Shown here in pieces: positions 1-8,428 of a DNA stretch of 32,000 bases; within the stretch, counting starts at the first letter, position 1, and each line of letters opens with the position of its first letter. Made by a program: the position numbers and the translations under genes. This stretch comes from Candidatus Saccharimonadota bacterium (GTDB taxonomy: Archaea; Micrarchaeota; Micrarchaeia; Micrarchaeales; Micrarchaeaceae). The DNA lies in contig NZ_CP019964.1 in the NCBI RefSeq assembly GCF_002214165.1, positions 420,001 through 452,000 on the forward strand. Direction: 5' to 3'. The notes under the pieces were generated by a model. The model saw only the letters and a list, made by a program, of their open reading frames with translations. It was not told where the DNA came from and made no database searches.

Positions 1-672
1 TTATTTTTTGAATGCAAATATGGTAGTGCATCAAAAGATCAACTTGATAGATACAAACTTCTTACTAAGGATGATATAAAACGTAGCCATACAATAGAGT
101 TAGCTTCTAATGAATTTGACTTTGATATATCGTATATTGGAATGACGGATAAGGAGCAAAAACTTAATATAAGTTTAGAAGATTCTATAGATAGATTTCC
201 ATTACTCATATTAGGTAATAACTCTGTATACTTTTCACAAAACTCTTGTAAATTTAAAATGGAGGAGCTAAATGAAATATTTAGTAATCTAAAAATTCCG
301 AATGATTTTCCTAGAAGTTTTATCCCATTCACAGTGGATGATAATGAAGAAATAATTTTAGAAGATATAATTCAACACTTTACGACAAAAACTGGTTATG
401 ACTTTAAACCATACGACCTTCTAAAAGAACTCTTACCTTCTATGTATAATTATTATTCACAGGAGGGTCAAAAAAGTTTAATAGGTCGTATAAAAAATAT
501 ATTGGATAAACTAATAATGGACGAAGATTTTAAGGAATTTATTACATTTACTAATGGAAAATACAGATTAGATGTAAATGAAAAAATTAAAAAATTTCAC
601 AAAGTGTGTTATAAATTTATAAATAAATATGAGAAAAATAAGAATCAGGTACCTCTAGAAGAATTTTTATGA
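1..672 (+). CDS. Hypothetical protein, 5'-truncated by window edge; possible PD-(D/E)xK/RecB-like nuclease-fold C-terminus
   Basis: Frame 1 is open from base 1 (LFFECKYGSASKDQLDRYKLL...) into tracked ORF 142..672, so the gene begins upstream of the window. E-x-K followed by Q-x-x-x-Y resembles the last nuclease motifs of RecB/Cas4-type folds. The rest is unrecognised. Confidence 0.5.
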   Translation, partial: LFFECKYGSASKDQLDRYKLLTKDDIKRSHTIELASNEFDFDISYIGMTDKEQKLNISLEDSIDRFPLLILGNNSVYFSQNSCKFKMEELNEIFSNLKIPNDFPRSFIPFTVDDNEEIILEDIIQHFTTKTGYDFKPYDLLKELLPSMYNYYSQEGQKSLIGRIKNILDKLIMDEDFKEFITFTNGKYRLDVNEKIKKFHKVCYKFINKYEKNKNQVPLEEFL

Positions 673-864
673 TATACTTCTATATCATTTAGATAGATTT
701 TTAGAGATAATTTTTAAATCATTTTGGTATATCCTCTTAATTCAATCTAATTCTCATAAAGTAAGAATAAAAAAGAGAAATTTTATTTAAATTCGATCTT
801 ATTTTTTATTTTTGGCAACAATATATCGTTTATCATATCAGATATAATTTTATTTTCCTCTTCA

Positions 865-1590
865 TTGAATCTGACTGATGAAGATTGCCATTCAGGTGCA
901 ATATGTAATTTTGGCGTTCATTTCTATCAGGGAATGTCTTACCACGAGGTATATCCTCCGCCCTCATCAATACTAGAAACCCCAAACAGCGCAACACCGC
1001 CAACCCCAAATACCGCTTATCAAACATTAAATTCAACTCTATACGTATTTTCCCCACAAAACATAGTATTAAATTATAGTTATTACATACCTATATATGT
1101 CGGAGGAAATGCTAATTATAGCGGCTATTGCGATGGCGGATATTATAATGCTTCATATAGCACATTAAATAGCTCCTTAGAAAATGCGGGTTCTGGAATA
1201 AAAGATAATGTTTATAACGTTAGTTGTTATGATCCAGATCTTGACCTTAACATAACTGGCAAAGGTCACTCCATATTAAACGTGGACTGGTTCAACGTTA
1301 AAAGCGAATCATCCACATTTATAGTAACCGATTCGCCTGTAGAATATACCGAAACAAAAATTATAGATACACCGTCTTATGATGAAGTACCTGGAGACCA
1401 ACCAGTAAATTACACTTATTATAATCTTTATAATAGCCCAGATCGTTTCACCAACAACCCGCTTATAGCCGATGATGGGTCAAGTCTTGAAAATCCGTTT
1501 CAAAATGGATATACAATAACAGCATTATATCCATCATCATCTTCTGTTAATGGATATGTATTTTATGAGTATGATAAAAATCCAAAATAA
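865..1590 (+). CDS. Hypothetical Asn/Tyr/Ser-rich protein with many N-x-S/T sequons (possible surface glycoprotein; start doubtful, may be a pseudogene)
   Basis: 726-nt ORF. The only in-frame canonical start is TTG 865. The frame stays open back to 760 with no ATG/GTG. At least 9 sequons (NLT, NST, NYS, NAS, NSS, NVS, NIT, NYT). No signal or anchor after the TTG. Confidence 0.45.
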   Translation: MNLTDEDCHSGAICNFGVHFYQGMSYHEVYPPPSSILETPNSATPPTPNTAYQTLNSTLYVFSPQNIVLNYSYYIPIYVGGNANYSGYCDGGYYNASYSTLNSSLENAGSGIKDNVYNVSCYDPDLDLNITGKGHSILNVDWFNVKSESSTFIVTDSPVEYTETKIIDTPSYDEVPGDQPVNYTYYNLYNSPDRFTNNPLIADDGSSLENPFQNGYTITALYPSSSSVNGYVFYEYDKNPK

Positions 1591-1593
1591 TAA

Positions 1594-2319
1594 TTAACGA
1601 GCAGGGAACAGAATTTCTGTGCCATTATAATATATACCAATTACTCCAGAGATGCCTTTATTAAATATTGTATTGTTTGCATCAAGAATGTTTATTGCAG
1701 TAGAATTTGGTATTCCGGTTGCTTGAGTTAAATACCACGATACATCTGCTCTATCTATTGTTTCTGATTGGACTTTATATGGAATTTGTAATGTACTGTT
1801 ATTATAATTAGAATCTACAAATTCAACATAAACGACTTTACCAAGAAGTGATGGTAAATAACTTGAACCATTAAAATACTCATCTGAAATATTTTCATAT
1901 GTTGGAACATAGAAACCACCATATTTTATAACATAAACACTTGACCCTTGAACTGAAAATTCTTCTTCTGCACTCATTTCTATTGCTTTATTTGAGGAAT
2001 TTCCAGTGAAAAGTATCAATTTCTTTATTGTTTCATTATATTTCTTTGTTATGTTCTCAGCAAAAGCATATTGAGATTTATATTCTGCATTAGGGTTATT
2101 GCCTAATAAATTATTTATTATTTGTGAAGGAGGTGCTGTTTTACTTGTTGAGTTGGTTGTTGTTGGTGTAGAGCATCCTAACGCTTTGCCAACACCCGGA
2201 CTTACACTATTAACTAAACTACAAGTCATTAGTTTATCATAATAATAGACTATTGAAAACACGATTACCATAACCATTATAATTCCTATAATCTTTCCTA
2301 ATATTCCCATGTTTGTCAC
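1594..2319 (-). CDS. N-terminally membrane-anchored, sequon-rich extracellular protein (hypothetical)
   Basis: N-terminal hydrophobic helix ILGKIIGIIMVMVIVFSIVYYY, then a Thr/Ser linker and several N-x-S/T sites. ATG start, TAA stop. Confidence 0.7.
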   Translation of the reverse strand: MTNMGILGKIIGIIMVMVIVFSIVYYYDKLMTCSLVNSVSPGVGKALGCSTPTTTNSTSKTAPPSQIINNLLGNNPNAEYKSQYAFAENITKKYNETIKKLILFTGNSSNKAIEMSAEEEFSVQGSSVYVIKYGGFYVPTYENISDEYFNGSSYLPSLLGKVVYVEFVDSNYNNSTLQIPYKVQSETIDRADVSWYLTQATGIPNSTAINILDANNTIFNKGISGVIGIYYNGTEILFPAR

Positions 2320-2505
2320 CTAAATTTAGGAAATTACATTCATAAACACTTATGTATACTAATAGATTAGGACTTTTCACCTTTTTATATTTATAATTTA
2401 AAAAAGCAGCGTATAGTCTGCACCAGAAAAGACAAACTTGCTTTAATCAAAGATTATCTACATAAAGCCTGCTGTTTAGCTATACTTTAGTCTTTCATTC
2501 TTTTA

Positions 2506-2991
2506 TTAATTTAAGTATACAAGTTGAATAATTCTTATTAACTTATTTATATTTGTTCGTTTAAAAGGATAATTAGAAGGGAAGGAGCCTCCTGCCAATG
2601 GAGCACCACCTGGAGTTCCAGGATTAAGTATTGTGGTGAATGGTCTTACGAGGCTACCTACTGTGGAGACGATATCTCCTAAATATTGCAAGGGTGTAAC
2701 ACCAGATGAGGAAGTTTGAGTTGTATTTGTATATAGTGTTAATGGTGATTGCATTATTGCCTTTCTTATTCCTTCATTTGATGAACCAAGAGGAAGCTCT
2801 CCAAGTTGCCCGTTATACTGCCCTGCCGTTCCTTGCATGGATATGTCTAACGGTCTACTACTCATTGAGATACCTGTATTATCATATAAGGAAGAATAAA
2901 GATTCTGTGGAGATGTCAACAGATAATAAGTGACTGCAGGTGTAGATGAAGTTGATTTTGTAAAGTTCCATCCTTCTGGATGTTCTTTCAT
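2506..2991 (-). CDS. Hypothetical Ser/Thr/Gly/Pro-rich protein
   Basis: 161-aa ORF with low-complexity S/T/G/P composition and no recognisable motif. A 75-aa hydrophobic ORF lies antisense (2706..2933), so strand choice is not certain. Confidence 0.4.
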   Translation of the reverse strand: MKEHPEGWNFTKSTSSTPAVTYYLLTSPQNLYSSLYDNTGISMSSRPLDISMQGTAGQYNGQLGELPLGSSNEGIRKAIMQSPLTLYTNTTQTSSSGVTPLQYLGDIVSTVGSLVRPFTTILNPGTPGGAPLAGGSFPSNYPFKRTNINKLIRIIQLVYLN

Positions 2992-3677
2992 AATCTCGCT
3001 GCAATATATTGAAACATAATGCTTTAATATATATCATTATTTTTTTATATAATAAATTTTAGTAATTGCTTATTCAAGTAATTTAACATATAGCATTTTG
3101 TAGCACACTAAATGAAGCATTGGCTATTGTTCCAATCTTCAAACCTGATAACTGCTGCAAATCTCCCTTTCAAATACGCTTGGCAACAAGCTTCCAATTT
3201 TATCCTCTATGCTATATACAATACATGATTCCGGTTGTACTTTAGCTTCCGGTGCAATTCCTTAAGCAGGCATAGGGTAGGCGGCATTGCGGCCTATAAA
3301 GCTTTATCTTAGTACTTATAAAGGTTAAGCTGGGCTATGCAAGTACATATCTATTGCAGCAGGATGCCTTTTTGCTAATTCCATAAAGGCTTATCATTAT
3401 TGGCTTGTGACATATGGATAAAGCGGGCTTTGCAGCTACCATCAAGCATTTTGTATAAAAAGTTCAGCAATTATAATGAACAATAATGAAAAATAACTAA
3501 AGGATCTATCATTTATTTTGACTCTGGGGCAAAAGCCAACAGATAATGAAGATTTAAAATTAGTATCTTCATCTGCAGCATTGCTTATGTCATCCAGCAT
3601 CCGATATTAATCTTGATTTACCACTCATTTTCTTATCAGAAATATACTTTAAAGAATCAAATGTAGATTACAAATCC

Positions 3678-4031
3678 TTATTTCCTATTATACCCAAACT
3701 TTTTATCATATTCATCATGATCTATTATATCAAGTATAAATGCAATTACAATTACTTCTGTTTGATCATCTGTAAGAGTATATAGCATACGCCAAAAATT
3801 AGATAGCTCAATGCGAAATAAATTTGTAATATCATATTTTATAGCATACTCTTTAGGTATAAGTTTCTTGGCTATAGGATCTCCATAATGGGGGTTTATT
3901 TTAATCAAATCTATTTTCTTTTTTATTGAATTAAGTATGCTTTTATCTATTTTGGAATTTTTTGCCAGTTTATTAAGTTCTTTATAAGCTGCCTCTGCTT
4001 CAGGAGAAAGAATAACCTTTATAGGTTTCAT
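3678..4031 (-). CDS. Putative type II toxin, RelE/ParE-superfamily-like
   Basis: 117 aa, small and basic. Second gene of a two-gene unit with an ATGA stop/start overlap (4028..4031). The core FRIELSNFWRMLYTL...VIVIAFILDIIDHDEY resembles the RelE/ParE beta-sheet core. Call by eye only. Confidence 0.5.
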   Translation of the reverse strand: MKPIKVILSPEAEAAYKELNKLAKNSKIDKSILNSIKKKIDLIKINPHYGDPIAKKLIPKEYAIKYDITNLFRIELSNFWRMLYTLTDDQTEVIVIAFILDIIDHDEYDKKFGYNRK

Positions 4032-4315
4032 AATTCAGGGCCATTTTTAATAGAATCCTGTAGTTTCTTATTCGAATTGTGTATCCATGTTATTCCTTTT
4101 ATCGTTACTAAAATCTTTCCACTTTCTTCAAGATATTCAAGGATAACCATAAGGGTTCTATGATTTACCTGTTTTGGCAGTAAACGCTTTATTTCTGGTA
4201 TTGTAATAATTGAATTTTCTGAGTTTTTTATAACGGATTCTACCATCAGAACTGTGTTTAATGTAGGAGAATGTGTTAATTTTTCCATTGTTTCATTTTC
4301 TGACATATTAATCAC
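4028..4315 (-). CDS. Putative antitoxin / small winged-helix DNA-binding protein
   Basis: 95 aa, first gene of the pair, translationally coupled to the toxin-like ORF. IPEIKRLLPKQVNHRTLMVILEYLEESGKI looks like an HTH plus wing. Confidence 0.5.
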   Translation of the reverse strand: MINMSENETMEKLTHSPTLNTVLMVESVIKNSENSIITIPEIKRLLPKQVNHRTLMVILEYLEESGKILVTIKGITWIHNSNKKLQDSIKNGPEL

Positions 4316-4558
4316 TAATATTTATATATATGCATATTTAAATATAAATATGTATTAATTAGTTACATAATAGTTACATTTATAAAACTCATTTAAATCT
4401 CTTTGTTTATTATTTACAAAATTTTATTTAGCTGTCTGAAATAGCATATTTACATTTATTTTTCATATATAATTATAGATATTTGGAGCACCCCGGAATT
4501 TCGGACGAGGTATGCTCCGCCTAGCAGAATTTCGTCGCGAATTTCCTTCTAAGGGCTT

Positions 4559-6475
4559 TCAACCAAAATTAGATTTTGTTATCTCCCCGTACTTTTTATT
4601 CCCTATTTTTTTCTTTAATTCCGACGCTGCCTGCTCTTCGAGATCCATCATTGAATAATCTGCGTTTTCATCCGCTGCATTGCTTATATCATCGAGCATT
4701 GAGATTAGCTCCTTCCTAAGGCCTATTAGCTTGCCTTTGCCCGTATCGCTAAAACCATTGTACAACTCCGCATCGGATATTAAGCCGGATCTAGCACTCA
4801 TCTCCCTGCCAAAGATGTATTCCGCATAATCAAATGCGGAGTTCCTTATGGCATTGAAGAAGATGTAAGCCTTTACCGAATCTATATACGTATTGATGAG
4901 CTCGCTTAAATCCTTAGACCTCTTGTAATTGCTATATGATGCCTTGGCACTTTCATAATGCTTGGCCATATTGCTCTTTGCTTCATTGTAAGCTGACCTA
5001 AATTTGGCGGAATTTCTTTCGTCCAATGCCTTGACGAATGCTTCCTTGAAACGCTTTATGCCATCGACCTTCGCATTGATGCTCCTGAATAGCAGCCAAT
5101 ATGAGGTATAAACATCTGAGGGTCCGGATAGTTTTATAAGATTCGGTAAGCCTTTATTAAATGCCTCTTCGATACTTCTGTCGTCATCCAAATACAATAT
5201 TGCAAATCTGCCTGATCTCCTAATCAAACCATTAGCTTCATTAAGGTATTCTATGTTCTTTATGCCCTTGTGGATCCATTTGAATGTTCTGGGGGCTGTA
5301 TTCATTATTTGGGCAAGCCTTCCATCATTGCCTTTCACCTTGATCACTCCTGTGCTGCCATCCATATATACCTCTTTTGAATTAAGCAGCTTGCCAAAAT
5401 CATTCACTCCTGTAATGTACGGTATTTTAAGCTCCCTTGCGAGTATGCTCACATGGGACAGCATCCCATCATACCTTGAGATTATGCCTGCCACATTCTT
5501 ATTATCCAAGTATTTGATATCGCCTAATTCCACTTCCTCCTTTATAATTATAACAGGGCTTTCGGGTATGTTCCTTATATCTTCCCACGGAATGCCTTTG
5601 CCTATCCCGGCAGATACAGGTATATCGCCCATATTATCCTCAAACTTAAGCTTAGGCAAATCGGATGTTATCGGCCTTGACTGCAGGATAAAAATATCGT
5701 TTCCTTTTATGCACCATTCAACATCTTGCGGGGAATTGAATATCCTGTATATCTTTATGGCTTCTTTTACAAGCTTGTGTATCTCGCTGCTGAGCAATTT
5801 CCTGGAATAGGAAACCTCCATAGGCAGCTTCCTATCGTGTCCTTTGACGTTGGCATACAACTGGAAATTCACGGTTATGCCTGGAGTTGATTTCTTTTTG
5901 GTTAAATCTATTTTATACAAGTCTCCAACTTCCTTTCCGGAGACAAACCTCTCTCCTTGGCCTATTATCGCATTTATTATTACAGCATCTTTGGTTACGA
6001 AAAGGACACCCGATTTCTCCGAGTCTATCTGCTTCTGTATCACTACTGCCATCTTTGGATGTTCGCTGCTGTATCCAAAATCTTTTATCCTGTAAAGGGA
6101 TGCGTAAACATCTTTTACGGATTTTGGCAAATTCCCTTTGGTTACGAAAAGATCCGTTTTGAACTTTCCTGCATAACTGTATTTTGATGAATCCTCCACC
6201 GTTGCCGAACTCCTGACTGCGACCTTTCCCTTCTTTATGTATTTAGAATATGATTCCATTACTTCATTAATTATTTCCTTTGGCAATTCTATATTTGTTT
6301 TAGATCTTTGGTTAGCTTTTATATAGGAATCAAATGCGTTTGCATTTAGTATAAAAAATTCCGGTACTCTTATGCCTTCTTTCTTAAGCTTTAGCAATGA
6401 GTATCCTTTTCCGCCAACAATATTGGGATTCAGGGCCCCTTCAGAAATTATGTATTGGCTTTTCATAGAGAACAT
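4559..6475 (-). CDS. PEP-utilising enzyme / pyruvate,water dikinase-like protein (PPDK_N ATP-grasp + phospho-His swivel domain + unknown helical C-terminal domain)
   Basis: N-terminus GGKGYSLLKLK...VAVRSSATVEDSSKYSYAGKF (PEP/pyruvate-binding ATP-grasp). Mid region VAGIISRYDGMLSHVSILARELKIPYITGV (mobile-domain phospho-His motif). The last ~250 aa are helical with no TIM-barrel motifs. A TATA-like tttatata sits just upstream, so the start may be Met4 (6466). Confidence 0.85.
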   Translation of the reverse strand: MFSMKSQYIISEGALNPNIVGGKGYSLLKLKKEGIRVPEFFILNANAFDSYIKANQRSKTNIELPKEIINEVMESYSKYIKKGKVAVRSSATVEDSSKYSYAGKFKTDLFVTKGNLPKSVKDVYASLYRIKDFGYSSEHPKMAVVIQKQIDSEKSGVLFVTKDAVIINAIIGQGERFVSGKEVGDLYKIDLTKKKSTPGITVNFQLYANVKGHDRKLPMEVSYSRKLLSSEIHKLVKEAIKIYRIFNSPQDVEWCIKGNDIFILQSRPITSDLPKLKFEDNMGDIPVSAGIGKGIPWEDIRNIPESPVIIIKEEVELGDIKYLDNKNVAGIISRYDGMLSHVSILARELKIPYITGVNDFGKLLNSKEVYMDGSTGVIKVKGNDGRLAQIMNTAPRTFKWIHKGIKNIEYLNEANGLIRRSGRFAILYLDDDRSIEEAFNKGLPNLIKLSGPSDVYTSYWLLFRSINAKVDGIKRFKEAFVKALDERNSAKFRSAYNEAKSNMAKHYESAKASYSNYKRSKDLSELINTYIDSVKAYIFFNAIRNSAFDYAEYIFGREMSARSGLISDAELYNGFSDTGKGKLIGLRKELISMLDDISNAADENADYSMMDLEEQAASELKKKIGNKKYGEITKSNFG

Positions 6476-6582
6476 TAATATATTATATAAAAGTTTATTA
6501 ATTTTAACCTTGAAGAATTTTTATATTCTCTAACGGTATATGTAAATAAATTTGTAATTTATAAAAATAAAGGATTGATAAA

Positions 6583-6936
6583 ATGGGCAAGCTTAATGCC
6601 TCTGAAAATATAGACTACATCAAGCCTTTGAACAGTTATGCTGAACCAAATGAGGTTGGAGGAAAGGCCTATAACCTTATGAAACTTTCTCATGCTCATT
6701 ATAATACTGTAGTGGGATTTGCCATAACCACAGAAGTATATAGGTATTGGAAGAAAAACGGGAAATTGCCAAAAGAGTTCTTCGATAAACTTAATGAATA
6801 CCTGAAATGGTTCAGTTACGGTATGAAATTCCCTGTTATAGTAAGGAGTTCAGCTACAGTAGAAGATGCCAAAAAAGCAAGCTTTGCAGGATTATTCGCC
6901 TCCTATCCTAATGCAAACTCAATATTAGATAGGGTA
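6583..6936 (+). pseudogene. Truncated N-terminal fragment (~118 aa) of a PpsA-like paralogue
   Basis: EVGGKAYNLMKL...FPVIVRSSATVEDAKKASFAGLF parallels residues ~20-105 of the intact gene 4559..6475. Similarity stops near 6936. The remaining ORF tail to 7062 overlaps the fic 3' end and looks non-coding. Confidence 0.7.
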
Positions 6937-6961
6937 TTATTTACAGATTCAAATACAGCAA

Positions 6962-8143
6962 CTATTTATATTGTTCTTTATATATCTCCCTTATCCCTTT
7001 TGCAACAAACAGCTGATTCCTTGCCTTGCCTGTTTCTAATGGCTGTATTACACCTTCCTTGATAAGGTTATCAATAGCTCTTTTTGCAGTTGGATAGGTA
7101 ACATTTAGTATGTGTGATGTCGTATTTGCACTTATGATATAGGAAGCGAACAGCTGCTGAAAAAGTACATATGTTGACTTGCTGTACTTTTCTTCTATAT
7201 CCTTGCCTTTCTCATTATAATACTGGCTTAATTTGCTTATCTTGTCCAATACTATTTTAGATTGCGATATCGCTCCGATTAAAAAGAATTTTAGCCATTC
7301 TGAATAAGTTGAATTTTTGCTTATATCCCTGAGAAGCGAATAATATGCACTTCTGTTCTTCTCAAAGTAATCGCTCATATATAATAATGGGAGCTTTAAG
7401 GCCTTATTCTTTATCAGGTAAAGTATCAGCAAAAGCCTGCCTATCCTTCCATTGCCATCCAAAAATGGATGTATCGCTTCAAATTGGTAGTGCATAAGTG
7501 CAATTTTAACCAATATGGGATCATTGCTGCTATCCATATAATCAAGCATATTGGCAAGCAGCTCTTTTACCCTCTCTGGAGGTGGCGGTATGTAGGTTGC
7601 GTACTCTATGCCTATAGCGTTTTGATAATGCGAAATATAGTTCTGCACTTCCCTTATAGATCCTGGCTTTGCTTTCTCACCCCTGACATGCTGCAGCAGT
7701 ATTGAATGCAGTTTGGTTATCAGCTGCAAATCTATAGGTATTTGCTCGTTCATAAGGTTTATTCCTATTTCCTGGGCTTTTATATAATTCCTAACTTCCA
7801 ATATGTCATTCCTTTTCTCTTCGTCCAATATCTTTTGGCCTGCCTGCTCCTTGAACATGTCATCAAGGTTGCTCAAAGTGCCTTCTATCCTTGAGCTTTC
7901 AACAGCCTCGTTTTCAAGCTGCGGCCTTATGAACAGGTTTACATTATTGTGCAATACCTTATTTAGCTCAATTCCCGCACCATCCAATCTACCAAGCCAA
8001 GTGCTGGCCTCCGATAGTAATCTCAATAGTTCATTATCGTAATCTATCTTTACTGGAAGATTATCAGGTACGAATGTATAATATTGATTAGCACTATCGG
8101 GAAGAAGCTTGCCAGAAGGATTTTTAAATTCTTCAATATCCAT
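6962..8143 (-). CDS. Fic family protein (class II, N-terminal inhibitory helix, C-terminal wHTH-like domain)
   Basis: Canonical Fic motif HPFLDGNGRIGRLL. Upstream S-x-x-x-E-G inhibitory motif in VESSRIEGT. TAG stop. Confidence 0.9.
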   Translation of the reverse strand: MDIEEFKNPSGKLLPDSANQYYTFVPDNLPVKIDYDNELLRLLSEASTWLGRLDGAGIELNKVLHNNVNLFIRPQLENEAVESSRIEGTLSNLDDMFKEQAGQKILDEEKRNDILEVRNYIKAQEIGINLMNEQIPIDLQLITKLHSILLQHVRGEKAKPGSIREVQNYISHYQNAIGIEYATYIPPPPERVKELLANMLDYMDSSNDPILVKIALMHYQFEAIHPFLDGNGRIGRLLLILYLIKNKALKLPLLYMSDYFEKNRSAYYSLLRDISKNSTYSEWLKFFLIGAISQSKIVLDKISKLSQYYNEKGKDIEEKYSKSTYVLFQQLFASYIISANTTSHILNVTYPTAKRAIDNLIKEGVIQPLETGKARNQLFVAKGIREIYKEQYK

Positions 8144-8170
8144 TTTATCATTTAACTTTTAAAATAAAAC

Positions 8171-8310
8171 CTTTAAAATCTTTCTTTTTTATTAAAGTTT
8201 TTAAGTATTTCCTTTAATAAGTATTGCATTTATTAAAGATTTTCTCAATTTTCTTTAATAACTGATGTTCTTGTTAAAGGTTTCTTTAATAACTAAGGGC
8301 TTTATTAAAG
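8171..8310. promoter_or_regulatory. Array of four 27-bp inverted-repeat sites (CTTTAATAA-N9-TTATTAAAG) in the divergent fic/vapB intergenic region
   Basis: Sites at 8171-8197 (imperfect left arm ctttaaaat), 8212-8238 (perfect), 8253-8279 (1 mismatch) and 8284-8310 (perfect). Start-to-start spacing is 41, 41 and 31 bp. A separate 7-bp-arm palindrome tttccaa-catt-ttggaaa lies at 8313-8330. Confidence 0.6.
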
Positions 8311-8428
8311 ATTTTCCAACATTTTGGAAATCTATTGTTCTTCCAATTTAGAATAAGCAGATGATCTACTTAATGTATACATACGTAATACATAAATATA
8401 TTTTTGGTATACATAATACCGTGAGCAA

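Noticed and set aside
2706-2933. 75-aa plus-strand ORF with two hydrophobic helices antisense to 2506..2991
   Set aside because: It cannot be separated from the longer minus-strand ORF by eye. I kept the longer ORF at low confidence, and this alternative needs codon-usage or expression data.
4485-4546. GC-rich island as a tRNA fragment or att site
   Set aside because: There is no GTTCRANYC T-loop, no acceptor or CCA-like end and no second copy in the window. I kept it only as an unexplained structured element.
5253-6187. Plus-strand ORFs 5253..5810, 5844..6095, 5887..6162 and 5957..6187
   Set aside because: They lie antisense inside the well-supported PpsA-like gene. They have Leu/Ser/Phe-rich shadow-frame composition and no motifs.
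6937-7062. C-terminal tail of tracked ORF 6583..7062
   Set aside because: Similarity to the PpsA-like N-terminus ends at ~6936. The tail overlaps the fic 3' end on the opposite strand and reads as hydrophobic nonsense.
8171-8330. Palindrome array as a replication origin (ORB elements) or mini-CRISPR
   Set aside because: There is no orc1/cdc6 gene nearby and the sites are 9-bp arms with 9-nt spacers inside a 285-bp divergent promoter. An operator array is the simpler reading, and the units are far too short for CRISPR.
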